From the NCBI RefSeq assembly GCF_044324785.1, contig NZ_CP172127.1: a DNA stretch of 64,000 bases; one strand, given 5' to 3'. Below are positions 1 to 9,332 of this stretch, one piece after another; within the stretch, counting starts at the first letter, position 1; every line of letters starts with the position of its first letter. The notes beneath the pieces are model-generated. The model saw only the letters and a list, made by a program, of their open reading frames with translations. It did no database searches and had not been told where the DNA came from. The position numbers and the translations under genes are program-made. The stretch is from Escherichia coli. Its GTDB lineage: Bacteria > Pseudomonadota > Gammaproteobacteria > Enterobacterales > Enterobacteriaceae.

Positions 1-57
1 CAGTTTCGCGAAATGAAACTGATGCGTAACCCGGGGTGTGAGGTGTGTGGGCAGTAA
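1..57 (+). CDS. moeB: 3' end of MoeB (molybdopterin-synthase adenylyltransferase); partial, the gene begins upstream of the window
   Basis: Frame 1 reads ...QFREMKLMRNPGCEVCGQ* . The CxxC tail and the position next to fsaA fit my recollection of MoeB and K-12 synteny. Confidence 0.75.
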   Translation, partial: QFREMKLMRNPGCEVCGQ

Positions 58-143
58 TTGCCACCTCAGGCCAGATAAGACGTAGCAGGCATCGGTGCAC
101 TCCGCCACGTCATCAGCAATTTATGAAGATGCAGAACGTCCGG

Positions 144-806
144 TTAAATCGACGTTCTGCCAAACGCTCCCAGCCAGTCCTGTTCAAACTTCGCCACAGC
201 GGCATCAACCGCCGGATAGCTAATCATCTGTTGTGCCACATCCAGCGGCAGAGTAATTGATTCACACCCTGCCAGTAAGCAGTCCAGCGCCTGACGCGGG
301 GTTTTGAAACTCGCGGCTAACACTTTCGCCTGCGGCGCATGCATTTTCAATAACTGGTGTAAGTCGGTCACAGTCTGAATACCGCTACCGCCCTGAGCAT
401 CAATACGATTAACGTAAGGCGCAACATATTCCGCACCTGCCAGCGCCGACAGCAGCCCTTGTGCTGCGCCATATACCGCGGTTCCCAGCGTCGGAATCCC
501 TTCCGCTTTTAACATCTTAATAGCTGCCAGCCCCTCGGCGGTCACCGGAACTTTCACCACGATATCCGCAATAATAGAACGCAATTTACGTGCGTCATTC
601 ACCATCCCTTCAGCAGTGGTAGCCATTACCTGGGCAAACAGACGCCCCTGACCGCCCATCGCTTCATGAAGTTCCGGAAGCACAACCTCCAGCGGTTTTT
701 TACCCGCGGCGATAATGCTTGGGTTAGTGGTCACACCCGCCAGCGGAAAAATACGTGACAGCGCCTTCACCGCAACAACGTCTGAAGTATCCAGATACAG
801 TTCCAT
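144..806 (-). CDS. fsaA: Fructose-6-phosphate aldolase 1 (220 aa)
   Basis: ORF 144..878 contains [32 protein letters not shown]..., recognised as FsaA. The start was trimmed to the MELYLDT codon at 806. Confidence 0.93.
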   Translation of the reverse strand: MELYLDTSDVVAVKALSRIFPLAGVTTNPSIIAAGKKPLEVVLPELHEAMGGQGRLFAQVMATTAEGMVNDARKLRSIIADIVVKVPVTAEGLAAIKMLKAEGIPTLGTAVYGAAQGLLSALAGAEYVAPYVNRIDAQGGSGIQTVTDLHQLLKMHAPQAKVLAASFKTPRQALDCLLAGCESITLPLDVAQQMISYPAVDAAVAKFEQDWLGAFGRTSI

Positions 807-869
807 AACCATCCTCAAAATGTACTTTTTGTCTGAATGTAGACTATCACGGGAAAACTCTCTGAACAG

Positions 870-883
870 TTGACGCACATCAA
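870..883. promoter_or_regulatory. FNR-like box TTGAC-GCAC-ATCAA in the fsaA/ybiY divergent region
   Basis: 9/10 match to the TTGAT-N4-ATCAA consensus, 54 nt upstream of the ybiY ATG. The downstream genes encode an anaerobic glycyl-radical system. Confidence 0.35.
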
Positions 884-887
884 TCTA

Positions 888-903
888 ACTTTCATTCGAA
901 AGT
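888..903. promoter_or_regulatory. Palindromic box ACTTTCATTCGAAAGT (copy 1 of 3 of the CTTTCATTCGAAA motif)
   Basis: Perfect 6-bp arms with a 4-nt spacer. The same 13-mer recurs at 4337..4349 and, inverted, at 5358..5370. Confidence 0.4.
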
Positions 904-936
904 ATTTTAATGTTTGAACGAAACAGAGAGGCAACT

Positions 937-1836
937 ATGATTTTCAATATTCAGCGCTACTCGACCCATGATGGCCCCGGTATCCGCACGGTCGTATTTC
1001 TTAAAGGCTGTTCGCTGGGCTGCCGCTGGTGTCAGAACCCGGAAAGCCGCGCCCGCACGCAGGATCTGCTGTATGACGCACGTCTGTGTCTGGAAGGCTG
1101 CGAGCTGTGCGCTAAGGCCGCGCCGGAAGTGATTGAGCGCGCGCTGAATGGCTTGCTTATTCATCGGGAAAAGTTAACCCCGGAGCATCTGACAGCGTTA
1201 ACCGACTGCTGCCCGACACAGGCGTTAACCGTATGTGGTGAAGTGAAAAGCGTTGAGGAGATAATGAAGACCGTTCTGCGCGATAAACCGTTTTACGATC
1301 GCAGCGGCGGCGGCTTAACGCTTTCTGGCGGTGAACCCTTTATGCAGCCGGAAATGGCGATGGCGCTACTGCAAGCCAGCCACGAGGCCGGCATTCATAC
1401 TGCGGTAGAAACCTGTCTGCATGTGCCGTGGAAATATATCACCCCTTCTCTGCCCTATATCGATCTGTTTCTTGCCGATTTAAAACACGTTGCCGACGCA
1501 CCGTTTAAACAGTGGACCGACGGTAATGCCGCCAGGGTGCTGGATAACCTGAAAAAACTCGCCGCAGCGGGCAAAAAAATCATTATCCGCGTGCCGCTGA
1601 TTCAGGGCTTTAATGCCGACGAAACCTCTGTAAAAGCCATTACCGATTTTGCCGCCGACGAGCTGCACGTTGGCGAAATTCATTTCCTGCCCTACCACAC
1701 GCTGGGCATCAACAAATATCACTTACTTAATCTGCCCTATGACGCCCCGGAAAAACCGCTTGATGCGCCAGAACTGCTCGACTTTGCCCAGCAGTATGCC
1801 TGCCAGAAAGGGTTAACCGCGACCTTACGAGGATAA
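937..1836 (+). CDS. ybiY: Glycyl-radical enzyme activating enzyme (radical SAM, PflA-like)
   Basis: [37 protein letters not shown]... carries the CxxxCxxC radical-SAM motif. It lies directly upstream of the GRE gene. Start trimmed from 910. Confidence 0.9.
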   Translation: MIFNIQRYSTHDGPGIRTVVFLKGCSLGCRWCQNPESRARTQDLLYDARLCLEGCELCAKAAPEVIERALNGLLIHREKLTPEHLTALTDCCPTQALTVCGEVKSVEEIMKTVLRDKPFYDRSGGGLTLSGGEPFMQPEMAMALLQASHEAGIHTAVETCLHVPWKYITPSLPYIDLFLADLKHVADAPFKQWTDGNAARVLDNLKKLAAAGKKIIIRVPLIQGFNADETSVKAITDFAADELHVGEIHFLPYHTLGINKYHLLNLPYDAPEKPLDAPELLDFAQQYACQKGLTATLRG

Positions 1837-1841
1837 CAACC

Positions 1842-4274
1842 ATGACCACACTGAAACTGGATACGCTCAGCGACCGCATTAAAGCGCACAAAAATGCGCT
1901 GGTGCATATTGTGAAACCGCCGGTCTGTACCGAGCGCGCGCAGCACTATACTGAGATGTATCAACAACATCTCGATAAGCCGATCCCGGTACGTCGCGCG
2001 CTGGCGCTGGCGCATCACCTGGCGAATCGCACCATCTGGATCAAGCACGATGAGTTGATCATTGGCAACCAGGCAAGCGAAGTTCGCGCCGCGCCGATCT
2101 TCCCGGAATATACCGTCTCCTGGATCGAAAAAGAGATTGATGATCTGGCGGATCGTCCGGGTGCTGGTTTTGCGGTGAGCGAAGAGAACAAACGTGTTCT
2201 GCATGAAGTGTGCCCTTGGTGGCGCGGTCAGACGGTACAGGATCGCTGCTACGGCATGTTTACCGATGAGCAAAAAGGTCTGCTGGCGACCGGAATCATT
2301 AAAGCGGAAGGCAATATGACCTCCGGCGATGCGCACCTGGCGGTGAATTTCCCGCTACTGCTGGAAAAAGGTCTTGATGGTCTGCGCGAGAAAGTAGCGG
2401 AACGTCGCTCGCGCATCAACCTGACGGTGCTGGAAGATTTGCACGGCGAGCAGTTCCTGAAAGCGATTGATATCGTGCTGGTGGCAGTCAGTGAACACAT
2501 TGAACGTTTCGCTGCCCTGGCGCGTGAAATGGCAGCCACTGAAACCCGCGAAAGCCGTCGCGATGAACTGCTGGCGATAGCAGAAAACTGCGATCTTATC
2601 GCCCACCAGCCGCCGCAGACTTTCTGGCAGGCGCTGCAACTGTGCTACTTCATCCAGTTGATTTTGCAGATCGAATCTAACGGTCACTCGGTATCGTTTG
2701 GTCGTATGGACCAGTATCTCTACCCGTACTATCGCCGCGACGTTGAACTGAACCAGACACTGGATCGTGAACACGCCATCGAGATGCTGCATAGCTGCTG
2801 GTTAAAATTGCTGGAAGTGAACAAAATCCGCTCCGGCTCGCACTCGAAAGCCTCTGCGGGAAGTCCGCTGTATCAGAACGTCACCATTGGCGGACAAAAT
2901 CTGGTTGATGGTCAACCAATGGACGCGGTGAATCCACTCTCTTACGCGATCCTCGAATCCTGCGGTCGCCTGCGTTCTACTCAGCCTAACCTCAGCGTGC
3001 GTTACCATGCAGGAATGAGCAACGATTTCCTCGACGCCTGCGTACAGGTGATCCGCTGCGGCTTCGGGATGCCGGCGTTCAACAACGACGAAATCGTCAT
3101 CCCGGAATTTATTAAACTCGGTATTGAACCGCAGGACGCTTACGACTATGCAGCGATTGGTTGTATCGAAACCGCCGTCGGTGGCAAATGGGGCTATCGC
3201 TGTACCGGCATGAGCTTTATCAACTTCGCCCGCGTGATGCTGGCGGCGCTGGAAGGCGGGCGTGATGCCACCAGCGGCAAAGTGTTCCTGCCACAAGAAA
3301 AAGCGTTGTCAGCGGGTAACTTCAACAACTTCGATGAAGTAATGGACGCATGGGATACGCAAATCCGTTACTACACGCGTAAATCAATCGAAATCGAATA
3401 TGTCGTCGACACCATGCTGGAAGAGAACGTACACGATATTCTCTGCTCGGCGCTGGTGGATGACTGTATTGAGCGAGCGAAAAGTATCAAGCAAGGCGGC
3501 GCTAAATATGACTGGGTTTCTGGCCTGCAGGTCGGCATTGCTAACCTCGGCAACAGCCTGGCGGCAGTGAAGAAACTGGTATTTGAACAGGGCGCGATTG
3601 GTCAGCAACAGCTGGCTGCCGCACTGGCGGATGACTTCGACGGCCTGACTCACGAGCAGCTGCGTCAGCGGCTGATTAACGGTGCGCCTAAGTACGGCAA
3701 CGACGATGATACTGTCGATACGCTGCTGGCTCGCGCTTATCAGACCTATATCGACGAACTAAAACAGTACCATAACCCGCGCTATGGTCGTGGTCCGGTT
3801 GGCGGCAATTATTACGCGGGTACGTCATCTATCTCCGCTAACGTACCCTTTGGCGCGCAGACGATGGCAACGCCGGACGGGCGTAAAGCCCACACCCCGC
3901 TGGCAGAAGGCGCTAGTCCGGCCTCCGGTACTGATCATCTTGGCCCTACTGCGGTCATTGGCTCAGTGGGTAAACTGCCTACGGCCGCGATTCTCGGCGG
4001 CGTGTTGCTCAACCAGAAACTGAATCCGGCAACGCTGGAGAACGAATCTGACAAGCAGAAACTGATGATCCTGCTACGCACCTTCTTTGAAGTGCATAAA
4101 GGCTGGCATATTCAGTACAACATCGTTTCCCGCGAAACGCTGCTGGAAGCGAAAAAACATCCGGATCAGTACCGCGATCTGGTAGTGCGTGTCGCGGGTT
4201 ATTCCGCCTTCTTCACTGCGCTCTCTCCAGACGCACAGGACGATATCATCGCCCGTACTGAACATATGCTGTAA
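1842..4274 (+). CDS. ybiW: Glycyl radical enzyme (PFL-like, 810 aa)
   Basis: C-terminal glycyl-radical fingerprint RVAGYSAFF (Gly codon at 4197..4199) and active-site GCIE (3159..3170). Recognised as YbiW/PflF. Confidence 0.93.
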
Positions 4275-4336
4275 CTCTTCCGCCCGGCGGCCACCGTCGC
4301 CGGGCCAAATCATTCACATCATCAATTTCATCCTCG

Positions 4337-4349
4337 CTTTCATTCGAAA
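4337..4349. promoter_or_regulatory. CTTTCATTCGAAA box, copy 2, upstream of ybiV
   Basis: Exact 13-mer shared with 889..901 and with the reverse complement of 5358..5370. Confidence 0.35.
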
Positions 4350-4419
4350 TATAATTTGTGCTCTGCGTCACATTGTTATTACACTGTTACGGTTTCATTT
4401 TCGAGCCAGGAGCACACCT

Positions 4420-5235
4420 ATGAGCGTAAAAGTTATCGTCACAGACATGGACGGTACTTTTCTTAACGACGCCAAAACGTACAACCAACCACGTTTTATG
4501 GCGCAATATCAGGAACTGAAAAAGCGCGGCATTAAGTTCGTTGTCGCCAGCGGTAATCAGTATTACCAGCTTATTTCGTTCTTTCCTGAGCTAAAGGATG
4601 AGATCTCTTTTGTCGCGGAAAACGGCGCACTGGTTTACGAACATGGCAAGCAACTGTTCCACGGCGAACTGACCCGACATGAATCGCGGATTGTTATTGG
4701 CGAGTTGCTAAAAGATAAGCAACTCAATTTTGTCGCCTGCGGTCTGCAAAGTGCATATGTCAGCGAAAACGCCCCCGAAGCATTCGTCGCACTGATGGCA
4801 AAACACTACCATCGCCTGAAACCTGTAAAAGATTATCAGGAGATTGACGACGTACTGTTCAAGTTTTCGCTCAACCTGCCGGATGAACAAATCCCGTTAG
4901 TGATCGACAAACTGCACGTAGCGCTCGACGGCATTATGAAGCCGGTTACCAGTGGTTTTGGCTTTATCGACCTGATTATTCCTGGCCTGCATAAAGCGAA
5001 TGGTATTTCGCGGTTACTGAAACGCTGGGATCTGTCACCGCAAAATGTGGTAGCGATTGGCGACAGCGGTAACGATGCGGAGATGCTGAAAATGGCGCGT
5101 TATTCCTTTGCGATGGGCAATGCTGCGGAAAACATTAAACAAATCGCCCGTTACGCTACCGATGATAATAATCATGAAGGCGCGCTGAATGTGATTCAGG
5201 CGGTGCTGGATAACACATCCCCTTTTAACAGCTGA
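4420..5235 (+). CDS. ybiV: HAD-family sugar phosphatase (Cof-type, 271 aa)
   Basis: [17 protein letters not shown]... contains the HAD DxDGT motif. Recognised as YbiV/SupH. Start trimmed from 4189, with AGGAG 8 nt upstream. Confidence 0.9.
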
Positions 5236-5357
5236 CCTCTCTACCGGAGCTATGCGCTCCGGTTTTCCCTTCTTTTTACATCCTTTACATCACATCAAAT
5301 CATTAAACTTCCATTAACTTATTTATAACTTATATTGTCACATGCAAATCAGCATAG

Positions 5358-5370
5358 TTTCGAATGAAAG
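5358..5370. promoter_or_regulatory. CTTTCATTCGAAA box, copy 3 (inverted), immediately upstream of the ybiU RBS
   Basis: TTTCGAATGAAAG is the reverse complement of the 13-mer. It ends 16 nt before the ybiU ATG. Confidence 0.35.
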
Positions 5371-5386
5371 TTAATGCGAGGTGGTT

Positions 5387-6652
5387 ATGGCTTCTACTTT
5401 TACCAGCGACACATTGCCTGCCGATCACAAAGCAGCTATCCGTCAGATGAAGCACGCGCTGCGGGCGCAGCTTGGCGACGTCCAGCAGATCTTTAATCAG
5501 CTAAGCGATGACATTGCCACGCGAGTGGCTGAAATCAACGCACTCAAAGCACAGGGCGATGCCGTCTGGCCGGTGCTGTCTTATGCCGATATCAAAGCAG
5601 GTCATGTTACTGCAGAGCAGCGCGAACAAATTAAACGTCGCGGTTGTGCGGTGATAAAAGGCCATTTCCCCCGCGAACAAGCGCTAGGCTGGGATCAGTC
5701 GATGCTGGACTATCTGGACCGCAACCGCTTTGACGAGGTCTACAAAGGCCCCGGCGATAATTTCTTCGGGACACTCAGCGCTTCACGTCCCGAGATTTAC
5801 CCCATCTACTGGTCGCAGGCGCAAATGCAGGCCCGCCAGAGTGAAGAAATGGCGAATGTGCAGTCGTTTCTCAATCGTCTGTGGACATTTGAAAGTGATG
5901 GAAAGCAATGGTTTAACCCGGATGTGAGCGTCATCTACCCTGACCGTATCCGCCGCCGTCCGCCCGGAACGACCTCCAAAGGTCTTGGAGCGCATACCGA
6001 CTCCGGGGCGCTGGAACGCTGGCTGCTTCCAGCGTATCAGCACGTTTTCGCCAACGTCTTTAATGGCAATCTGGCGAAATACGATCCCTGGCATGCGGCA
6101 CATCGTACGGAAGTTGAAGAGTACACGGTGGACAACACCACCAAATGTTCCGTGTTTCGGACATTCCAGGGCTGGACAGCGCTCTCTGATATGCTGCCTG
6201 GTCAGGGGTTGCTGCACGTCGTGCCCATTCCTGAAGCCATGGCGTACGTACTGTTACGTCCGCTGCTTGATGATGTGCCGGAGGATGAACTGTGCGGCGT
6301 AGCGCCCGGAAGAGTGTTGCCGGTATCAGAGCAATGGCATCCACTGTTAATTGAGGCGTTAACCAGCATTCCAAAACTCGAGGCCGGAGACTCCGTCTGG
6401 TGGCACTGCGACGTCATCCATTCCGTTGCCCCCGTTGAAAATCAACAGGGTTGGGGCAACGTGATGTACATTCCTGCGGCACCGATGTGCGAGAAAAATC
6501 TTGCCTACGCGCACAAGGTGAAGGCCGCACTGGAAAAAGGCGCATCGCCGGGCGACTTCCCGCGCGAGGACTATGAAACAAACTGGGAAGGACGCTTTAC
6601 GCTTGCCGACCTCAACATTCACGGTAAGCGAGCGTTGGGAATCGACAGCTGA
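5387..6652 (+). CDS. ybiU: DUF1479-family protein (421 aa)
   Basis: MASTFTSDTLPADHKAAIRQMKHALRAQLGD... recognised as YbiU. Start trimmed by 2 codons. Confidence 0.85.
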   Translation: MASTFTSDTLPADHKAAIRQMKHALRAQLGDVQQIFNQLSDDIATRVAEINALKAQGDAVWPVLSYADIKAGHVTAEQREQIKRRGCAVIKGHFPREQALGWDQSMLDYLDRNRFDEVYKGPGDNFFGTLSASRPEIYPIYWSQAQMQARQSEEMANVQSFLNRLWTFESDGKQWFNPDVSVIYPDRIRRRPPGTTSKGLGAHTDSGALERWLLPAYQHVFANVFNGNLAKYDPWHAAHRTEVEEYTVDNTTKCSVFRTFQGWTALSDMLPGQGLLHVVPIPEAMAYVLLRPLLDDVPEDELCGVAPGRVLPVSEQWHPLLIEALTSIPKLEAGDSVWWHCDVIHSVAPVENQQGWGNVMYIPAAPMCEKNLAYAHKVKAALEKGASPGDFPREDYETNWEGRFTLADLNIHGKRALGIDS

Positions 6653-7722
6653 GTGTCGTACAGCCCTTCCCGTTCCACGGCGGTGTTCCCTTTTCCTGGG
6701 CGAACCCGCCGCACTGACTCCCGCACCGCCAATCGTCCGTGCAGCAGCAGCGAGCCCACCGGAGCATCCGGGCGAATCAGCCGCTGTTGCAACATTTGCA
6801 CCGCTTCATTGCCTAGCTCATCGCGTGGCACATGCACAGCCGTCAGGGGAACATCCTCGATTGCCGCAAGGTTAAAGCCGTCGATACTCATCACCGAGAC
6901 ATCCTGTGGTACGCGCAGACCACGACGATGTAGCGCATTTACCGTTCCCGCCGCCATAAAATCCCCGCCGACCAGAAACGCCGTCGGCAACGTCTTGCCA
7001 TTGGCGGCATCCAGCCACGCTCCGACCTTTTCTTCCGCTTCTTTAGCGCTAAAACTGCTGATATTCAGCAAATGACGGTCATGGTGAAAGGCCAGATTAT
7101 GCTGACGCCATGATTCTTTAATCCCTGCAAACCGCTGCTCCATAGTGTAGCGGCGCAGGCACATCACATTCATCACCTCCCGGTGACCCATTTCAAACAG
7201 ATAGCGGGCGGCGAACGCGCCAATTAACCGATGGTCCGGCGCAATCGCCGGGAGGCGCATTCGTTCATCACGGCAGTTGATCAGCACACAAGGCTTAGCG
7301 AGATCGGCGGCCAGATCATGGATGTGCGGATCGTCAATCCCCAGCAGGATCGCCGCCTGCGTATCTGCTTCATTCATCCGCGAGAGAAATAGCGCGGGAT
7401 CGCTGTCAAACTCCTCCAGCGCGCAGTAACGCAGCCGCACTTCATGCGGCGATAACGCTTTGCTGATGCTCTGGATCACACGGTAATAAAAGATATCAGA
7501 TCGTTGGTCAAAAGCGCGTTGCGGCGCGAAAATAATCAGGTTGTTCAGCAACATACGACCTGCTGCCATGCCATCCATCACGCCCAACTCACGCGCGCAG
7601 GCCAGCACCTGTTCGCGAGCGCGTGCACTGGTATTCGCTTTGCCAGCCAGCACCCGCGAAACCGTACTCGGCGATAGCCCGGTACGTGCGGCGATATCGG
7701 CGATTTTCAGCTTCTTGTCCAT
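6619..7722 (-). CDS. LacI/GalR-family transcriptional regulator (367 aa); not in the K-12 backbone as I recall it
   Basis: N-terminal HTH MDKKLKIADIAARTGLSPSTVSRVLAGK followed by a periplasmic-binding-protein-like core. Start trimmed to 7722. The 3' tail overlaps the ybiU 3' end by 34 nt. Confidence 0.85.
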   Translation of the reverse strand: MDKKLKIADIAARTGLSPSTVSRVLAGKANTSARAREQVLACARELGVMDGMAAGRMLLNNLIIFAPQRAFDQRSDIFYYRVIQSISKALSPHEVRLRYCALEEFDSDPALFLSRMNEADTQAAILLGIDDPHIHDLAADLAKPCVLINCRDERMRLPAIAPDHRLIGAFAARYLFEMGHREVMNVMCLRRYTMEQRFAGIKESWRQHNLAFHHDRHLLNISSFSAKEAEEKVGAWLDAANGKTLPTAFLVGGDFMAAGTVNALHRRGLRVPQDVSVMSIDGFNLAAIEDVPLTAVHVPRDELGNEAVQMLQQRLIRPDAPVGSLLLHGRLAVRESVRRVRPGKGNTAVEREGLYDTQLSIPNARLP

Positions 7723-8016
7723 TTTGTGATCTGCCTCTAATTCGGAAATGACAGAATTTTCATGAGCAAAAAAGCCCATTCTGTCTGGCATTAAATCCAT
7801 TTCAGTAATGTATATCAGTCACTCATGGAAAAACGTGCACAAAACCCGCTTTCTTTCGCTTTTAGGGTCTCTTACTGTGAATTGGTAGAACAACTTCCAT
7901 ACAAAAATAATGGAAAAACGAACAACAAAGACTTTATTTATCAAAAAGTTAAAAGTGGTGTGACAACTCCATTCTGACGTTGCCGCACAAACCCTATACC
8001 ATTCTGTGGAGTGCAT

Positions 8017-9318
8017 ATGAGTCAGGGTATCAATAACGATATGACTGCCAGTAAACCGCGCCATATCGTCAAAAATCTGCGTTGGTGGATACTGGTCCTT
8101 TTTTTGCTCGGTGTTACTGTCAACTACATCACGCGTAACTCGCTGGGTATTCTCGCCCCCGAACTGAAAAGCAGCCTGGGGATTACCACCGAACAATATT
8201 CCTGGATTGTAGGTGCTTTCCAGCTCGCCTATACCCTATTCCAACCGTTGTGCGGATGGCTGATTGACGTCATTGGCCTCAAACTGGGCTTTATGATCTG
8301 CGCGGGACTGTGGGCACTGGCCTGTCTGATGCATGCGGGGGCGGGAAACTGGGTACATCTGGCGCTGTTGCGCTTCTTTATGGGCGGTGCGGAAGCCGCA
8401 GCAACCCCAGCAAACGCCAAAACCATCGGTGAATGGTTTCCAAAATCAGAACGCCCGATCGCCGCAGGCTGGGCAGGCGTCGGTTTTTCCATCGGTGCCA
8501 TGCTGGCCCCACCGATTATCTATTTTGCCCACGCTTCATTCGGCTGGCAGGGTGCATTTATGTTCACTGGCATCCTGGCGATGCTGTGGGTCGTGCTGTG
8601 GTGGGCGTTCTATCACAGCCCGGATAAGCATCCTAACCTCAGCAAAGCCGAGCTGGACTTTATTCGCCAGGATAACGAAGCGCCCCCGGTCAAGTTACCC
8701 TTTCTGACCGCACTGAAAACCGTGGGCAAAAATAAACGCTTTTACGGTATCGCTATCCCGGCCTTTATGGCAGAACCGGCGTGGGCGGTGATGAGTTTCT
8801 GGGTTCCGCTATACCTGTCCAAAACCTATGGCATGGACCTGAAGCAGATCGCATTATTCGCCTGGTTGCCGTTCCTCGCCGCTGATCTTGGCAGTATTGC
8901 CAGCGGCTATCTGACCAAACTTTACACCCGCCTGTTTGGGCTGAGTCGTGTGAACTCCGTTGTCGCATCATCGGTCAGTGGCGCATTCCTGATGGTTTCG
9001 CTGGCGGTGATGGCCTTTACCAATAACCCGTATATCGCCATCGTCCTTATCTCCATCGGCGGCTTCGGTCACCAGATCATCTCCTGCATGCTAAGCGCAC
9101 TGGTGGTGGAATCCTTCGACAAAGGTCAGATGGCCACTGTTAACGGCATGCGCGGTTCTGCCGCGTGGATCGCAAGTTTCCTGTTCTCCCTGATAATCGG
9201 GGTTACCGCAGACAAAATCGGCTTTAACCCCCTGTTTATCGCCATGGGCTTCTTTGACCTGATTGGCGCTTTCTTCCTGGTCACCTTTATTGCTGAACGT
9301 CGCGCAAAACGCGCCTGA
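8017..9318 (+). CDS. MFS transporter, anion:cation symporter family, ExuT (hexuronate transporter)-like
   Basis: LRWWILVLFLLGVTVNYITRNSLGILAPELKSSLGITTEQYSWIVGAFQLAYTLFQPLCGWLID... parallels ExuT as I remember it. GGAG lies 6-7 nt before the ATG at 8017. Confidence 0.85.
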   Translation: MSQGINNDMTASKPRHIVKNLRWWILVLFLLGVTVNYITRNSLGILAPELKSSLGITTEQYSWIVGAFQLAYTLFQPLCGWLIDVIGLKLGFMICAGLWALACLMHAGAGNWVHLALLRFFMGGAEAAATPANAKTIGEWFPKSERPIAAGWAGVGFSIGAMLAPPIIYFAHASFGWQGAFMFTGILAMLWVVLWWAFYHSPDKHPNLSKAELDFIRQDNEAPPVKLPFLTALKTVGKNKRFYGIAIPAFMAEPAWAVMSFWVPLYLSKTYGMDLKQIALFAWLPFLAADLGSIASGYLTKLYTRLFGLSRVNSVVASSVSGAFLMVSLAVMAFTNNPYIAIVLISIGGFGHQIISCMLSALVVESFDKGQMATVNGMRGSAAWIASFLFSLIIGVTADKIGFNPLFIAMGFFDLIGAFFLVTFIAERRAKRA

Positions 9319-9332
9319 GAGTGGATGTAAAC

